DNA of 64,000 nucleotides, from assembly GCA_965644315.1 (NCBI GenBank), contig CBFFRQ010000013.1, forward strand, positions 806,001 through 870,000, read 5' to 3'. The position numbers and the translations under genes are program-made. Source of the stretch: Caecitellus pseudoparvulus. Its lineage: Eukaryota; Protista; Bigyra: Bicosoecida. How positions within the stretch are numbered: the first letter of the stretch is position 1; each line of letters starts with the position of its first letter. The notes beneath the pieces were generated by a model. That model saw nothing but the letters and a program-made list of their open reading frames with translations. It was not told the DNA's origin and did no database searches. Shown here one piece after another: positions 1 to 10,488 of this stretch.

Positions 1-3000
1 TTCACAGCGCTGTTCACTGTGGAGCTCGTCCTGAAGGTGCTGGCACTCGGCCCCGCAGGGTATGTGAGGGACACCTTCAACGTCTTTGATGCCATCATCG
101 TCATTATTTCCCTGGTGGAACTGGCTGTTGCATCCAGCGCTGGAAATGGCTTGAGTGCCTTTCGTGTCTTCCGCCTGCTCCGTATCGGGAGGCTGCTGAA
201 GTTGCTGCGCTCTTTCAAAGGCCTGCGCCGCTTGCTGAACACGGTGCTGGAGAGCCTGGTGGACATTTTGTACATCTCCATCCTCATGTTCCTGTTCGTG
301 CTGGTGTTCGCAGTGCTGGGCGTGCAGCTGTTCGCAGGCCAGTTCCACGCCCTCAACCCCCGACCAGAGTACACGTTTGAAACGTTTGGCTCTGCCTTTC
401 TCGCGGTGTTCCAGCTGCTCACCACAGACAACTGGCATTCCATGCTGCGGGACTCAGTCCTCGCGACAGGCTCCGAGGCTGCTTCTGTGTACCTGGTGGT
501 TGGGCATGCCATTGGCGCGTACATTGTTCTGTCACTCTTTGTGGCCATTCTGCTGCGCCGCTTTTCGTCTTTCGACGCAGATGAGCTGGATACCTCTGAG
601 CTGGAGCACCTTGCCTTCGAGCGGCGGACTCAGGAAGCCAAAGCTGCGCTGGAGGCTGCCAAAGACGCACTGCCCGTTGTCCCGGAGCTGCAGCTGGACT
701 CTGGGGAGCAACTTGTGGCGGACATGGTGCAGCAGTTGTCCAAGCTGCGGCAGCAACGTGAAGCCGAGAAGCAGCAACTGCGGGAGCAGCAAAGTGCTGA
801 CTTGAGTGGGCGCATGGTTGGCACAGCCCTGGGCTGCCTCCCGCCCACCAACCCGGCCAGGCAGTGGTTGTTCGCAGTGGTGTCATCGGAGCCTTTTGAG
901 TTGGGAGTCGTGTGTCTTATTCTTCTCTCCTGTGTGTTTCTAGCGCTGGACGACCCAACGGTGCCCCAGGCCTCCCTTCTGGGCCGCACGATTGCCATCA
1001 TGGACGTCGTCTTTGCCGTCGTCTTTGCCGTGGAATCCCTGCTAAAGATCATCGCCCACGGACTGTTCACGCCTGGGGGTGGCTACCTCCGCAATGGATG
1101 GAACCGACTGGACTTCGTTGTCGTGCTCTTTGGTCTCTTGTCTTTCGCTGCTCCTGGGCTCACCATCGTGCGAGCTTTGCGCGCGCTGCGCCCGCTTCGC
1201 GTTGCGGTGCGGTCGGAGTCCATTCGCGTTGTCGTGAACGCGCTACTTTACGCGATTCCCAACGTCGCCAACGTCTTTGCTCTGGCAGGCGTGTCGTGGC
1301 TCATCTTCGCAATCATGGCTGTGAACTTGGTCGGCGGGGCTCTCTTCCAATGCTCAGATCCCAGCGTCACAAGCGAAGCAGCATGCAACGGCATGTGGAA
1401 CAGCACGACAGGTGTGCAGCCGCGTGAATGGGAACGAGTCCCTGGGTCAGAGTACGCCAACTACGACAACGTGGGAATCAGTATGTTGACACTGTTCCGC
1501 ATCTCGACGTTTTCGGGCTGGGCTGGACTGATGAAGATGGCCATGGACACTGTTGGCCCCGGGCAAGCCCCACGCCCAGGTGCCAACCCCGGCATGGCCA
1601 TCTTCTTCTTGGCATTTGTCATTTGCTGTGCCTTTTTCGTGCTGAACCTGACAGTGGCAGTCGTCATTGACCAGTTCAACCAGCTGCGCTCTGTGCTGGA
1701 CGGGTCCGCGTTCATGACGCAGCGGCAACGCCAGTGGGTGAATGCCCAGCGACTAATTTCCTCTGTGGAACTGGTACCCAAGCCTCGACCCCCGTCGAAC
1801 TGCGTGCGTGCTGCGGCTTTCGCTGCTGTGTCTCACCCGGCTTTCGAGGCTTGCGTCATTGGCTGCATCCTGGCCAACACAGGCCTTCTCATGTGCGCAC
1901 ATTGGGGCCAGCCAGCGTGGCTGCCCGACTTCGTCCTCTGGGGCAATGTCTTTTTCGCCATTGTGTTTGCACTGGAGGCGGTGGCGAAGCTGCTTGGCTT
2001 GGGCCCAGAGGTGTACTGGCGCGACTCGTGGAACCGATTCGACCTTCTGCTGGTCCTGCTTTCCTTCGTGGGCTTGGCGCTGGAGGGGGACACATCCGCG
2101 TCAGCTGTCCGCATATTCCGCCTGTTCCGCGTCGCGCGCTTGTTCCGCCTGATCAAGCGCGCAGAGACGTTGCGGCGTGCGTTTGCCACGTTGGTGCTGT
2201 CCTTGCCCAGCCTGTGGAACATCGGCGCGATGCTCATCGTGGGCTTCTTTGTCTTCGCAGTCATGGGGGTGCAGTTGTTCGGGCACATCATCCCCGCCGA
2301 TGACATCGCCGCCTCTGCCATAAATCGCCGGCAGAATTTCCGAACCTTCGGAGACTCGCTGCAAACGGTGTGGATCGTCACGACTGGGGACTCATGGGAG
2401 GGACCCATGTACGTGGCGATGGAGAACACTTCGGACGTCGCTGCGATCTTTTTCGTTGGCATCCAGATCGTCATTTCCTTCACCATGCTGCAGCTCTTCA
2501 TCGCAGTCGTGCTGGAGAACTTTGCCGACAGCGAGGAAGACGAAGAAACTGCCGCACAGCGGCGTGGCATCGCTGCCTGGGCGGCTGTGTGGAACAGTTT
2601 CGACCGCCTCGCAACGCGACTGCTGCGAGCTTCCCTCTTGCCTCGCCTCATGATGGCTGCTCCGGCCCCCTTCGGTTTCGGAGGCAACCTGGCAAGCGGC
2701 AAGGTGCTGCGCCGGCTGAAGCGCCTTGCCGTTCCCGCATTCATGGCGCCAGAGGCGCTGGTGCGGAATCAACCCAAGGCCTCTGGGCTGTGGCATGTTG
2801 AGACGTTGATCTTGGCCCGAAAGCGCAAAGCGCAAAGTCGCCAGCGCCGCAGGGCAGACACTGTGAGTGCTGCGCCAGGCCAGAGTCGCGGGGGCGAGGC
2901 TGCCGCCAACCCCATGGCCACAGGCAGTCCCTCTCCACACGATCGGGTTCAGTCCGATGGTGGTGCAGGCGGCCAGCGCAGCCTCGTGGCTCTGCGCAAC

Positions 3001-3747
3001 ATGCAGGCGGACTTGGAGGCAGAGGCCCAGCCAGGCAGCTCTGCTTGCCCGTGCACGGACACTGCCTGGCGTGCGCGATGCTGCGGGACCAGCCTGAACG
3101 ATGAGGGCAACCGGGAAGCGGCGATTTGCTCCGTCGAGTGGAGGCGGCAGAAGTGGGAAGAGTGGGGGTTTGACTCTATTGCAGCGTGCTGCTGCCCCCC
3201 CACTGTTGGCGGCGACGTGGACGTGCAGTTCGACGAGAGCCACATGCCTGGCCACAGTGCGCAGGCAGGGGAGGGCAAGGCCACTCTCGTCATCAGCGCC
3301 AGCCCACGCCGCATGAAGAGCGTCAGTGGCGGCACGCCAGGGGCCAAGCCTGTGTGGGTGCTGCAGTTCGGTGTGACCCTGAAAGCCTTGGCGTCAGTGG
3401 TGCTGGGCCTGGACGTGCAGGTGATCTCCCCCAACTCCAGCCGCCGCAACTTTGTGCGCGCGGCATCACAGGCCGAGCTTGGCAGCCGCAAGTCCCTGCA
3501 CATCACAGAAGAAAACATGGGGGAGTACATGGTCATGGCACACGAGCTGTTCGCGGTCGCCATGATCGAGGGCTTCTGGCAGCACGTGCAGGCCAAGGCT
3601 GCGATGGCAGCGCGCAAGGCCCGCACAGAGGCCATCGCTGCTGCGGATGCGCGTGTGCGCGCAGCTCTTGCCCGGAGCGGGCGGCGTCGACCACCACCTC
3701 CTCCCCCGCGCCCACCTGCCCCGCCTGGCGGCCAAAGCTGCAAATAG
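1..3747 (+). CDS. Four-domain voltage-gated Na+/Ca2+ channel alpha subunit, 5'-truncated (repeats II-IV and C-terminus)
   Basis: Frame is open from base 1. Three 6-TM repeats with S4 segments (FRVFRLLRIGRLLK; RALRALRPLR; RIFRLFRVARLFRLIKR), pore loops TTDNW / STFSGW / TTGDSW, S6 motifs LFVAILL / LNLTVAVVIDQF / LFIAVVLENF. Confidence 0.95.
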   Translation, partial: FTALFTVELVLKVLALGPAGYVRDTFNVFDAIIVIISLVELAVASSAGNGLSAFRVFRLLRIGRLLKLLRSFKGLRRLLNTVLESLVDILYISILMFLFVLVFAVLGVQLFAGQFHALNPRPEYTFETFGSAFLAVFQLLTTDNWHSMLRDSVLATGSEAASVYLVVGHAIGAYIVLSLFVAILLRRFSSFDADELDTSELEHLAFERRTQEAKAALEAAKDALPVVPELQLDSGEQLVADMVQQLSKLRQQREAEKQQLREQQSADLSGRMVGTALGCLPPTNPARQWLFAVVSSEPFELGVVCLILLSCVFLALDDPTVPQASLLGRTIAIMDVVFAVVFAVESLLKIIAHGLFTPGGGYLRNGWNRLDFVVVLFGLLSFAAPGLTIVRALRALRPLRVAVRSESIRVVVNALLYAIPNVANVFALAGVSWLIFAIMAVNLVGGALFQCSDPSVTSEAACNGMWNSTTGVQPREWERVPGSEYANYDNVGISMLTLFRISTFSGWAGLMKMAMDTVGPGQAPRPGANPGMAIFFLAFVICCAFFVLNLTVAVVIDQFNQLRSVLDGSAFMTQRQRQWVNAQRLISSVELVPKPRPPSNCVRAAAFAAVSHPAFEACVIGCILANTGLLMCAHWGQPAWLPDFVLWGNVFFAIVFALEAVAKLLGLGPEVYWRDSWNRFDLLLVLLSFVGLALEGDTSASAVRIFRLFRVARLFRLIKRAETLRRAFATLVLSLPSLWNIGAMLIVGFFVFAVMGVQLFGHIIPADDIAASAINRRQNFRTFGDSLQTVWIVTTGDSWEGPMYVAMENTSDVAAIFFVGIQIVISFTMLQLFIAVVLENFADSEEDEETAAQRRGIAAWAAVWNSFDRLATRLLRASLLPRLMMAAPAPFGFGGNLASGKVLRRLKRLAVPAFMAPEALVRNQPKASGLWHVETLILARKRKAQSRQRRRADTVSAAPGQSRGGEAAANPMATGSPSPHDRVQSDGGAGGQRSLVALRNMQADLEAEAQPGSSACPCTDTAWRARCCGTSLNDEGNREAAICSVEWRRQKWEEWGFDSIAACCCPPTVGGDVDVQFDESHMPGHSAQAGEGKATLVISASPRRMKSVSGGTPGAKPVWVLQFGVTLKALASVVLGLDVQVISPNSSRRNFVRAASQAELGSRKSLHITEENMGEYMVMAHELFAVAMIEGFWQHVQAKAAMAARKARTEAIAAADARVRAALARSGRRRPPPPPPRPPAPPGGQSCK

Positions 3748-3936
3748 GCATGTGGTGGTGGCAGACGGTGCAATGCACGGCGCAGGTTCACGCTGTCACA
3801 GCGATCAATGGCATGTTTATCTATAGACAAGATGACGAAACACCGCAGATGTCCGGCATTGGTGGGGCACTGCGGTGACTGCCTTGAAAAGTGCGGGAAG
3901 TACATTTTTGTCTCAAACACGTGCAGGCGGGGATGC

Positions 3937-5829
3937 TCACAGCATCTCGTCGAATTCATCGACCTCCACGGGCTCCTGAGGCACGGAGCCCATGCCTGCC
4001 ACGGTGCCCACTGTCTCCGCATCCATGTCTGTGACGGCGGCCCGCACAGACTCGAACACTGCCCTGAAATCGGCGCCGGTGCCCTGGGCCTCGCCAAAGT
4101 CGTCGTCGTCCATGATAACCCGGCCGCTGGCGTCCACGCCTGCGGAGTGCATGTCCACCAAGTGCACGGCACCGTCGGCATACACGTCTGCGATGATGCC
4201 CAGGCCGTTGGAGACGGCAGAGACTGCGACGGCGCCGGGCTCCTCTCGCGTCTGCACGTTCTTCGCGCCGGCGCTGGCCAGGGCAGCCGCGACGGCGTCC
4301 AGGACCTCCTTGGCCGAGCCGCCCGCGTAGAAGGTGCTGGTGCGCATCTGTGCCCAGTCCCCGAAGGGGAGGGTGGGCAGGGGAGCGGCGGTGAGGACGG
4401 CGCCGCCGCCGCCGCGAGTGACCCCGCCGCCCAGCAGGTCCACGTCCCCGGTGGAGGACTGGGAGGCGGCAGCCACCTTGCGCTCCTCCTGCTTCTTGGC
4501 ATCCACGGCCTTGCGGCGGCGGTCCATCTCCGCCAGCAGTGTGAGTTGGGCGGGCGTGCTGCCAGTCACCCACGGGTGGCTCAGCACTTCGGCCACAGTC
4601 GCGCGCTTGGAGGAGTCGTACGCAAACATGCGCTGCAGCAAGTCCTTGAACTCGGGGGAGAAGGTCATGCTGCGCTCGTGCGCCTTCCAGAAGTGCACCC
4701 ACTGCCGGTTGACGATGCGGTCGAACCACCAGTCACCTCGCTGCGCCACGGCCAAAGGCGGGAAGCCAGCCACCATGATGAACAGGATGACGGCCGCAGA
4801 CCAGACGTCGGCAGGGCCGCCCTGGTAGCCGCTGTTGCGTGCCAGGACCTCTGGGGCCATGTAGCCCTTGGTGCCGCAGCGTGTGCGCAGGAGGGAGGGT
4901 GCGCCGCTCTCATCCTCTGTCACAGCGGCCAGCCCGAAATCCGCAACCTTCAGCTCGAACGCATCGTTCAGCAGCAAGTTCTCCGGCTTCAAGTCGCGAT
5001 GGTAGACGCCCTTGGAGTGGCAGTGGTTCAGGGCAGACATCATCTGCTGGAAGTAGTGCCTCGCGATGTCCTCGTTGAACGGACCACTGTGCGAAGGGAA
5101 CGCAGCGAGCACGTCAGCCGACTGGGTCGTGACGGGCAGGGCAGTGCAGGCAGTACACACGTGTGCATCATGTAATCAAAGAGTTCCCCGGCTCCAGCGA
5201 TCTCGATCACCAGCAGGATGATGTTCTGGGGGGTGGCAGGGGGGGAGGGCCAGTGCGATCCAAAGTCAAGAAAAGTCGTCTACACACCACACAGACTCTG
5301 CGGAAGCCGCCACCGCTCACCTTCTTGGAGCCGTCCGACTTGGGCCACTCCGCCTTCCAGTCAACGTCCTCCACCTTCACCACGTTGCCGTGCTCCGAGA
5401 CTTTGACCATGGCTTGCAGCTCACGCTTGACGTTGGCCATAACACGGGGGTTTGCCTCGATGGCAGCACTGCACGGGGAGGCGGGTGAGCGGTGCAGGAG
5501 CGCCTCAGCGAATGAAAATGAACCTGCTGTCAAGTTTTACATGTGGAACTCGCCAGCACAGCCCGGAGGCGCGCGCAGCAGCCCCTGCCGGTGACGAGCG
5601 ATTTCTGCACTCGGCGTGTTGGCACGCACCTGTCCATGCACTTGAGCGCAACGAGCTGCCCAGTTTCGCGGCTCTTGCCCATGTAAACCTTGCCCTGCAG
5701 GCCCTCGCCCAGCTTCATGCCCACTTCATACTTGCCGCTGAGCACCTTGGAGCTCATGGCTGCGACTTGGGCAATGCCAGCGTGGCCGGCGCCTGCGCCG
5801 GCAGTTGGCATCATCAGGGATGCTGCCAT
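3937..5829 (-). CDS. CAMK-group (SNF1/CIPK-like) Ser/Thr kinase, 4 exons
   Basis: GEGLQGKV, VALK, HRDLKPEN, DFG, TRCGTKGYMAPE, DVWS. GT-AG introns at 5629-5469, 5320-5226 and 5160-5087 join the frames. Possible KA1/CIPK-C-like tail. Start could be 5829 or 5758. Confidence 0.93.
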
Positions 5830-6173
5830 GGCTGCTGGGTTTGTGGTGCACCTTACACGTGAGGGGAGACCTCGGTGTTGGCGGTAGGAGAAGAGGGTGT
5901 GCGTAGCATCCTGCTCGCGTGGTGGTGGTGAGAAATTTGCGCCGTCTGGTCAAGTGCTCCTGCGCCGTTCCCCAGAAACCGCGCTGCTGCTCCAGCTGGT
6001 GCGAGGTGGCCTGACGCAAGGGCGCAGGGACGGCACAATCAAGAGCGGGCACAGGCGCCGCCGCAGACTGAGCAGGGGCGCCACACACTGCACCCACTGC
6101 GCGGCGACTGGCCCCTGTCGCCAGTGCTGAGATCGCTGGGCAGCACTGCAGCCCGCTTGAGCGCGATCGGAGC

Positions 6174-9173
6174 ATGGCTCGCGCCGCCGAGGTGCACGAG
6201 GCGGTGCTGTACGTCCCAGAGACGAGCAGTACGGCCTATGCGCAGGCTTGGGGCCACCTGCATGGGGGCCAGGGCGTTCTTGATGGGCGCACCATTGCAA
6301 CGTGGCTGCTGCAGGAGTCTGGCTTGCCCAAGGAGGTGCTCGGCAGAGCGTGGAGCGTCGTGGACGTCCAGGATGCAGGCAAAGTGGACCAGGCGGCCTT
6401 CACTGTGCTGTGCAGGCTGGTGGACCTACTGCGTCATGGAGTCGTTTCAGAGCCCTCCCTCTCGGCTGTCATGACTCACGCTGGGGCGAGTTGCTCGCCG
6501 CTTGGTTTGAGGGGAGCGATTTCCGCACCTGCACCAGAGCCCATTCCCCCGCCAGCCGACCAGGCTGAGGATGACGATGAGTTCGGGGACTTCACATCAG
6601 CACCAGACATGGAAACGGTGAGCCCTGCGGAGCAGGCCCCCCTTCCTTCCCAGACAGAGCAGGAGGTTGCTGGTCTGCACCCAGCCAAGCCCAACATCAG
6701 CGACGCCTTCGCGGCGCTACTTTCAGATCCTGCTGTGGCCCCTGCATTGCCCAGCTTGGAAGCTGCGCCGGCACAGTTGGGCGATGCGACCACCACGTCT
6801 CATCAGCCCGGTCAGCATGCGCCCAGCGCCAGCACGTTGAGCGCAGCTGGCACTGAGAGTGACGAGGACGACTTCGGGGACTTTGCCACAGCCAGCACTC
6901 CGCACGCTGCGCCGCCGGTCCTGCCACCCGCGGTGCCCTTGCAGCCAGCAGGGGCCACTGTCGCTGCCATGCCCCCTGTGCCCCCGCTGGGGATTCCCAG
7001 CGCACTGCCCAGCGGCAGCGATGACATCGCCATTGTCTCTGCGCTCAGCATTGTGGCGGCGGAGATCGACGCTCTGGCGCAGGACGTCGCACACTTGGAA
7101 GCCGTCGCTGCCGGCTCTGTGCCCGCTGTGTCCCCGGAAGTGCTGCCGCGCTACGTAGCAGCCCTGGTGGTGCGGGCTGATGAGCTGGGCACGCGCTGCC
7201 TGCTGCGCCTGGACAGTTTGGCGAGGAGCCCTGACACACGCCAAGCACGCAAGAGCGAGGTGGCCCGGGTGCAAGCACTGTGTCAGCGGGTGCAGCAAGT
7301 GTCCCAGGCACGCGCTGGGTGCGCTGCCTCACAGCCGGCACAGAGTGCGTCAGCAGGCAAAGCAGCAGAGGAGTCCGACCCCAGGTCCTCGAGCCTGGAT
7401 GGGGCGGCAGCGACCGGCGCACCAGACGTAGTGGGAGCGTCGTCCCAGGCGAGCCATGTGCCTGTGGGAGAGGCGCCCGCGGAGCCTGCAGGCGAGGCGG
7501 AGGACGATGATTTCGGCGACTTTGCAGCCCCCGAGCCCGGCGCAGCCGTTGACGAGGCGGGTTTTGCCGCCAAGGAGGCAAACGCAGTCATGGGACGCGT
7601 GGATGCTGCGTCGCCAACGGAGCCCCCCCCTGCACCCCCCGCTGCAGAGGTTCCCGCGCTGCAATTCTTGACAACTGCAGCGCGGCAGCAGCTGCTGCGG
7701 CAACACGGTGCCTTCCTTCTGCACTGGGCGTGCACAGAAAGCAGCGACTTGGCTGCGATGAGCAGTGAGCACCTTGCGCATGCGGCGGATGCTCGTGGAG
7801 CTGGGGGACTGCAGCAGCTGTTGGAGGAAGCAAACGCAGCAGCTCCGTCACACGTGTGGGCGGCGATGTGCGGCAGCGTATCGACAATGGCTGTGCTGGC
7901 AGGGATCCACGAAGGGTCCAGGCAGCCAACAACAGCAGCAGAGTGTTTCGGCATGCTGCAAGAGGTTGCTGCAGCGGATGCGTGGCTGGCCGTGTTGGCT
8001 GCGCGAAGGGTGGTGCGCATGTTTGTACGGGCTCGTGCGCTGGCATCAGGCGCAGAGGTGCAGGCGTGGGAGGGCGTGCAAACCCCAATCATGGACTTTG
8101 ACGTCGGCTGTGCGCAGTCGGCGTTGCAGGGAGTGCTGGCCAGCGTGTTGTGGCTGGCTGGTGAAGTGCAGGTCGCGGCGCAGGCGCTGCCTGCCGGTGC
8201 GGCCAGCGGCAGCGCCACCCTGCCCCGGAAGAGCGTGGCATCTTGGATGACGTGGCAAGATGCAGCGCTGTCGGGGCTCACCACTTGCTGCCTGGGCATG
8301 CTGACACTGGCAGAGGCGGCGCTGCCTGACGCTCCCTCTGACTCCGCCAGCGGCCAGGCTTGGGCGGCAGTGCGCAGCGCGTGGGACTGCTTGCGCACCA
8401 GTGCCAGCAGTTTGGCGCCTCGCTTGTTGGCGGTGCTGCAGCGCCACGAGGCGGACGGGGGGTCCGTGCCAGCCTCTGCCGAGGCGGCGGCGCTGTGCTT
8501 GCTGTCCTTGCCAGACGTGGGCATGTTCACGAGTTGGCTTGACTCCCTCGCCACCTGCTTTAAGCCACAGATGGAGCCTGCGCTGGCGCTCTTGCGTGAA
8601 CAGCAGTCAGCGTTCTTGCCCGCCGCCATGGCCATGGACGCTGCCTGGAGCTCGCTGGAGGTGGATGGGCTGACACTGCAGCCCATGCACTGGCTGCAGC
8701 ATGAAGGGGTGCCGGGCATGACCTCGAACCGGGTGCAGGCCACAGGACACACTCCCTTGCACGCTCAAGTTGACGCGTGCATGACGCAGGGCTGGCTGGA
8801 GGCGGTGCCGTGTGTCGCGAAGCGGTGGGGAACGGGCGTGGACTTTGCGCCGCTGCCGCCGACATCACAGGGCAACGTCTTCACAGCCAGCTCCTGCAAC
8901 GCATGGACGCGGGGGGTGGGCCCGCTGTGCAGTGCCGTGCGTGCGGGGCAGGGCACTTGGGACCAGCCCGGCCAGCCGCCGCCCCTGCGCCTGCCCCAGT
9001 GGAGCGTGCCCCGCCAGTCCAGTTCAGGGCAGGCGGCCTGGGAGGCGGCTTTGGCTTCCGACCTGCACGAGGAGGCGGAGGGCGTGGAGGCTTGGTTGAA
9101 GGGGGCAGACGCAGTTCTGCAGCGCTTGCAGCGGTGTGTGCGGGGAGTGCCAGAGGCAGGTCGCTTGCGGTGA
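6174..9173 (+). CDS. EH-domain clathrin/AP-1 accessory protein (synergin-gamma/aftiphilin-like) with a BAG domain
   Basis: N-terminal EH domain (SGLPKEVLGRAWSVVD...AFTVLCRLV), three acidic FGDF motifs, BAG-like ELGTRCLLRLDSL...RQARKSEVARVQAL. Confidence 0.75.
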   Translation: MARAAEVHEAVLYVPETSSTAYAQAWGHLHGGQGVLDGRTIATWLLQESGLPKEVLGRAWSVVDVQDAGKVDQAAFTVLCRLVDLLRHGVVSEPSLSAVMTHAGASCSPLGLRGAISAPAPEPIPPPADQAEDDDEFGDFTSAPDMETVSPAEQAPLPSQTEQEVAGLHPAKPNISDAFAALLSDPAVAPALPSLEAAPAQLGDATTTSHQPGQHAPSASTLSAAGTESDEDDFGDFATASTPHAAPPVLPPAVPLQPAGATVAAMPPVPPLGIPSALPSGSDDIAIVSALSIVAAEIDALAQDVAHLEAVAAGSVPAVSPEVLPRYVAALVVRADELGTRCLLRLDSLARSPDTRQARKSEVARVQALCQRVQQVSQARAGCAASQPAQSASAGKAAEESDPRSSSLDGAAATGAPDVVGASSQASHVPVGEAPAEPAGEAEDDDFGDFAAPEPGAAVDEAGFAAKEANAVMGRVDAASPTEPPPAPPAAEVPALQFLTTAARQQLLRQHGAFLLHWACTESSDLAAMSSEHLAHAADARGAGGLQQLLEEANAAAPSHVWAAMCGSVSTMAVLAGIHEGSRQPTTAAECFGMLQEVAAADAWLAVLAARRVVRMFVRARALASGAEVQAWEGVQTPIMDFDVGCAQSALQGVLASVLWLAGEVQVAAQALPAGAASGSATLPRKSVASWMTWQDAALSGLTTCCLGMLTLAEAALPDAPSDSASGQAWAAVRSAWDCLRTSASSLAPRLLAVLQRHEADGGSVPASAEAAALCLLSLPDVGMFTSWLDSLATCFKPQMEPALALLREQQSAFLPAAMAMDAAWSSLEVDGLTLQPMHWLQHEGVPGMTSNRVQATGHTPLHAQVDACMTQGWLEAVPCVAKRWGTGVDFAPLPPTSQGNVFTASSCNAWTRGVGPLCSAVRAGQGTWDQPGQPPPLRLPQWSVPRQSSSGQAAWEAALASDLHEEAEGVEAWLKGADAVLQRLQRCVRGVPEAGRLR

Positions 9174-9340
9174 CGCGGGCCTGGGTGCAGTGGGGGTCCA
9201 CGAGAAAAATGCATGGAGCTTGTATCCAGGCGTAGAGCAGTCCGAGGACGAGCCACCCCGCCAGCCTTGCTGTCGTCGTGCGTGGCTGAGGGGACCCGTG
9301 GCCAACATAGTCTCTGCCTGCGCATCTCTCACATCGTAGC

Positions 9341-10188
9341 ATGGCCACGATGGAGGAAGCAAGCTTTGACTCCGCGGCTTTGAACGGGATTGCGGCGGTG
9401 ACCAGCAAGGTGCACACTGAGCAAGTGCCCGAACATGTGAGTGGGCTGCCGGCTCCAAGCAGGTGTGCGTGCAGGGCGCACAGTGCGCGGTGCTCGCCTT
9501 CTCAGTTTGTCCACGCTGTGGTGGACGCGACCGTGGCTCACACTGCCCTCAGCGCGCTGTCCCGGACGTTTGCCGTGGGACCAGCCGCGCCAGAGTCGGC
9601 TTTTATCACAGGCATTGCGGCGGCAACATCCGAGGCTTTCAGTAAAGCTGTGGGGGCTGGCTTGTCCCCTGCAGAGGTGCGGAAGTTGAGCCAGCGCCCT
9701 GCTGCAGTGCACCACACCGGGCGCCCTTCCTCTCTCCACAGTTTGCCACCAAGCTGCAAGCCGCTGGCACTTCCGCAGAGGTGGCAGGGCTGCTGTCGAG
9801 GGTCCTGGGTGTCCGTGCAGACGATCTCCGGGAGGGGCTTGCTGAGGTGGTGAGCAGCGCTGGGGCTGCCACCCTCACCGACTTTGACTGGAGTCTGCGC
9901 GTGAGTGATCGGGCTTCTTGGCACTGCACTGTGGGCCTTAGGCAGCCGACTCCTCCTTCTCGTTCTGCTGCACAGATGACAGTCTCCAGCGCAAGCATTG
10001 AGCAAGTGCGCGAGCCTCGGTTAGTGCTTGCGCTGCAGACGGCTGAGCATGGCAAGCTGGAGGCAGAAGGCCAGGAGGGAGAAGCCACGTTGCTGGAGCT
10101 GAACGCAGAACAACTGGATGACACCATCAAGCAGCTGGAGGCCGCAGCCTCCGTCATGCACGAGGTTGCGACGTCTACCGCATCCTGA
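9341..10188 (+). CDS. COMMD8: COMM domain protein, COMMD8-like, 4 exons
   Basis: Introns 9437-9505, 9677-9741, 9901-9975. Spliced C-terminus LTDFDWSLRMTVSSASIEQVREPRLVLAL...ELNAEQLDDTIKQLEAA matches the COMM domain. Confidence 0.8.
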
Positions 10189-10488
10189 AGCTGGCCAGTC
10201 TGGCCAGGGGGGGGACGGCCCCTGCAAAGCACGAAAATGTACACGCGACATCTTTCAGCACTCTGCAGCACAACTGTTTGCGCACTCAGTTTACGCCTGG
10301 TTTCTCTCTGGGCACCGTGCCTGGACACTGCTTTCCTCTGCCGCAGCGGAAATTGTTCCCTGGCCTGCACACCTGAATGTCTGGGCCTTGAGACCAGCCC
10401 ACGGACTGATTGGGGCGTGTTTTTGAGATATAGCGTGTTAGATAGGCAGGTTTTCCGCCTGCCACTTTCAGTAGCTCCGCGATCGGCC

